DNA of 64,000 nucleotides from Promethearchaeota archaeon (GTDB lineage Archaea; Asgardarchaeota; Lokiarchaeia; Sigyniarchaeales; SOKP01): NCBI GenBank assembly GCA_016840085.1, contig JAEOTA010000006.1, positions 19,639 to 83,638 of the forward strand, read 5' to 3'. Shown piece by piece: positions 63,923 to 64,000 of this stretch (position 1 is its first letter; each line of letters starts with the position of its first letter). The notes under the pieces were generated by a model. It saw only the letters and a program-made list of their open reading frames with translations, ran no database searches and was not told where the DNA came from. The position numbers and the translations under genes were made by a program.

Positions 63923-64000
63923 TCATTCTTTTTTTAGCGCGAAATACTTGTTCCAAATCTCTTGGTACTTGCCAAACCATGTATCAAGCTTCTTAAATTC
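63923..64000 (-). CDS. C-terminal end of a gene entering from beyond the window
   Basis: EFKKLDTWFGKYQEIWNKYFALKKE* open to the window edge. Confidence 0.4.
   Translation of the reverse strand, partial: EFKKLDTWFGKYQEIWNKYFALKKE

Larger units (their letters stand above)
38420..64000. mobile_element. Probable integrated element/genomic island; right end outside the window
   Basis: Abrupt interruption of the MTase; only accessory genes follow; 42-61 kb looks richer in G+C by eye. Confidence 0.6.

Noticed and set aside
1-64000. CRISPR array, tRNA/rRNA, reverse transcriptase/DGR, transposase
   Set aside because: No regularly spaced nucleotide repeats or matching motifs seen by eye
63923-64000. 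Calling the edge gene an integrase
   Set aside because: Only 25 residues are visible, with no diagnostic motif

Overview
AT-rich archaeal chromosome segment, almost certainly an Asgard archaeon of the Lokiarchaeia/Promethearchaeia type. Supporting genes: archaeal ThrRS, AspRS, RibK/RibL, type II MAP and Alba, plus eukaryotic-signature-like proteins (Rab-like GTPase, longin-like domain, JAMM/MPN protein, probable BRO1 domain). About 1-38.4 kb is housekeeping and membrane-biogenesis DNA. From about 38.42 kb to the window end is an apparent integrated accessory island. It truncates a DNA methyltransferase and carries an LRR protein, a TPR membrane protein, a membrane-anchored Zn-phospholipase C/P1-like enzyme, a 5925-aa multidomain surface protein and a divergent wHTH/TPR pair. 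Main observations not in the ORF track: (1) a ~500-nt ORF-free unit at 34007-34508 with TATA box, paired 5'/3' ends, nested long-range helices and a T12 terminator, i.e. a candidate unclassified large structured RNA; (2) three genes that appear to start at ATA/ATT; (3) a CheD-like pseudogene; (4) a 56-aa Zn-finger gene. No tRNA, rRNA or CRISPR array was seen. All calls come from reading motifs by eye, without database searches.
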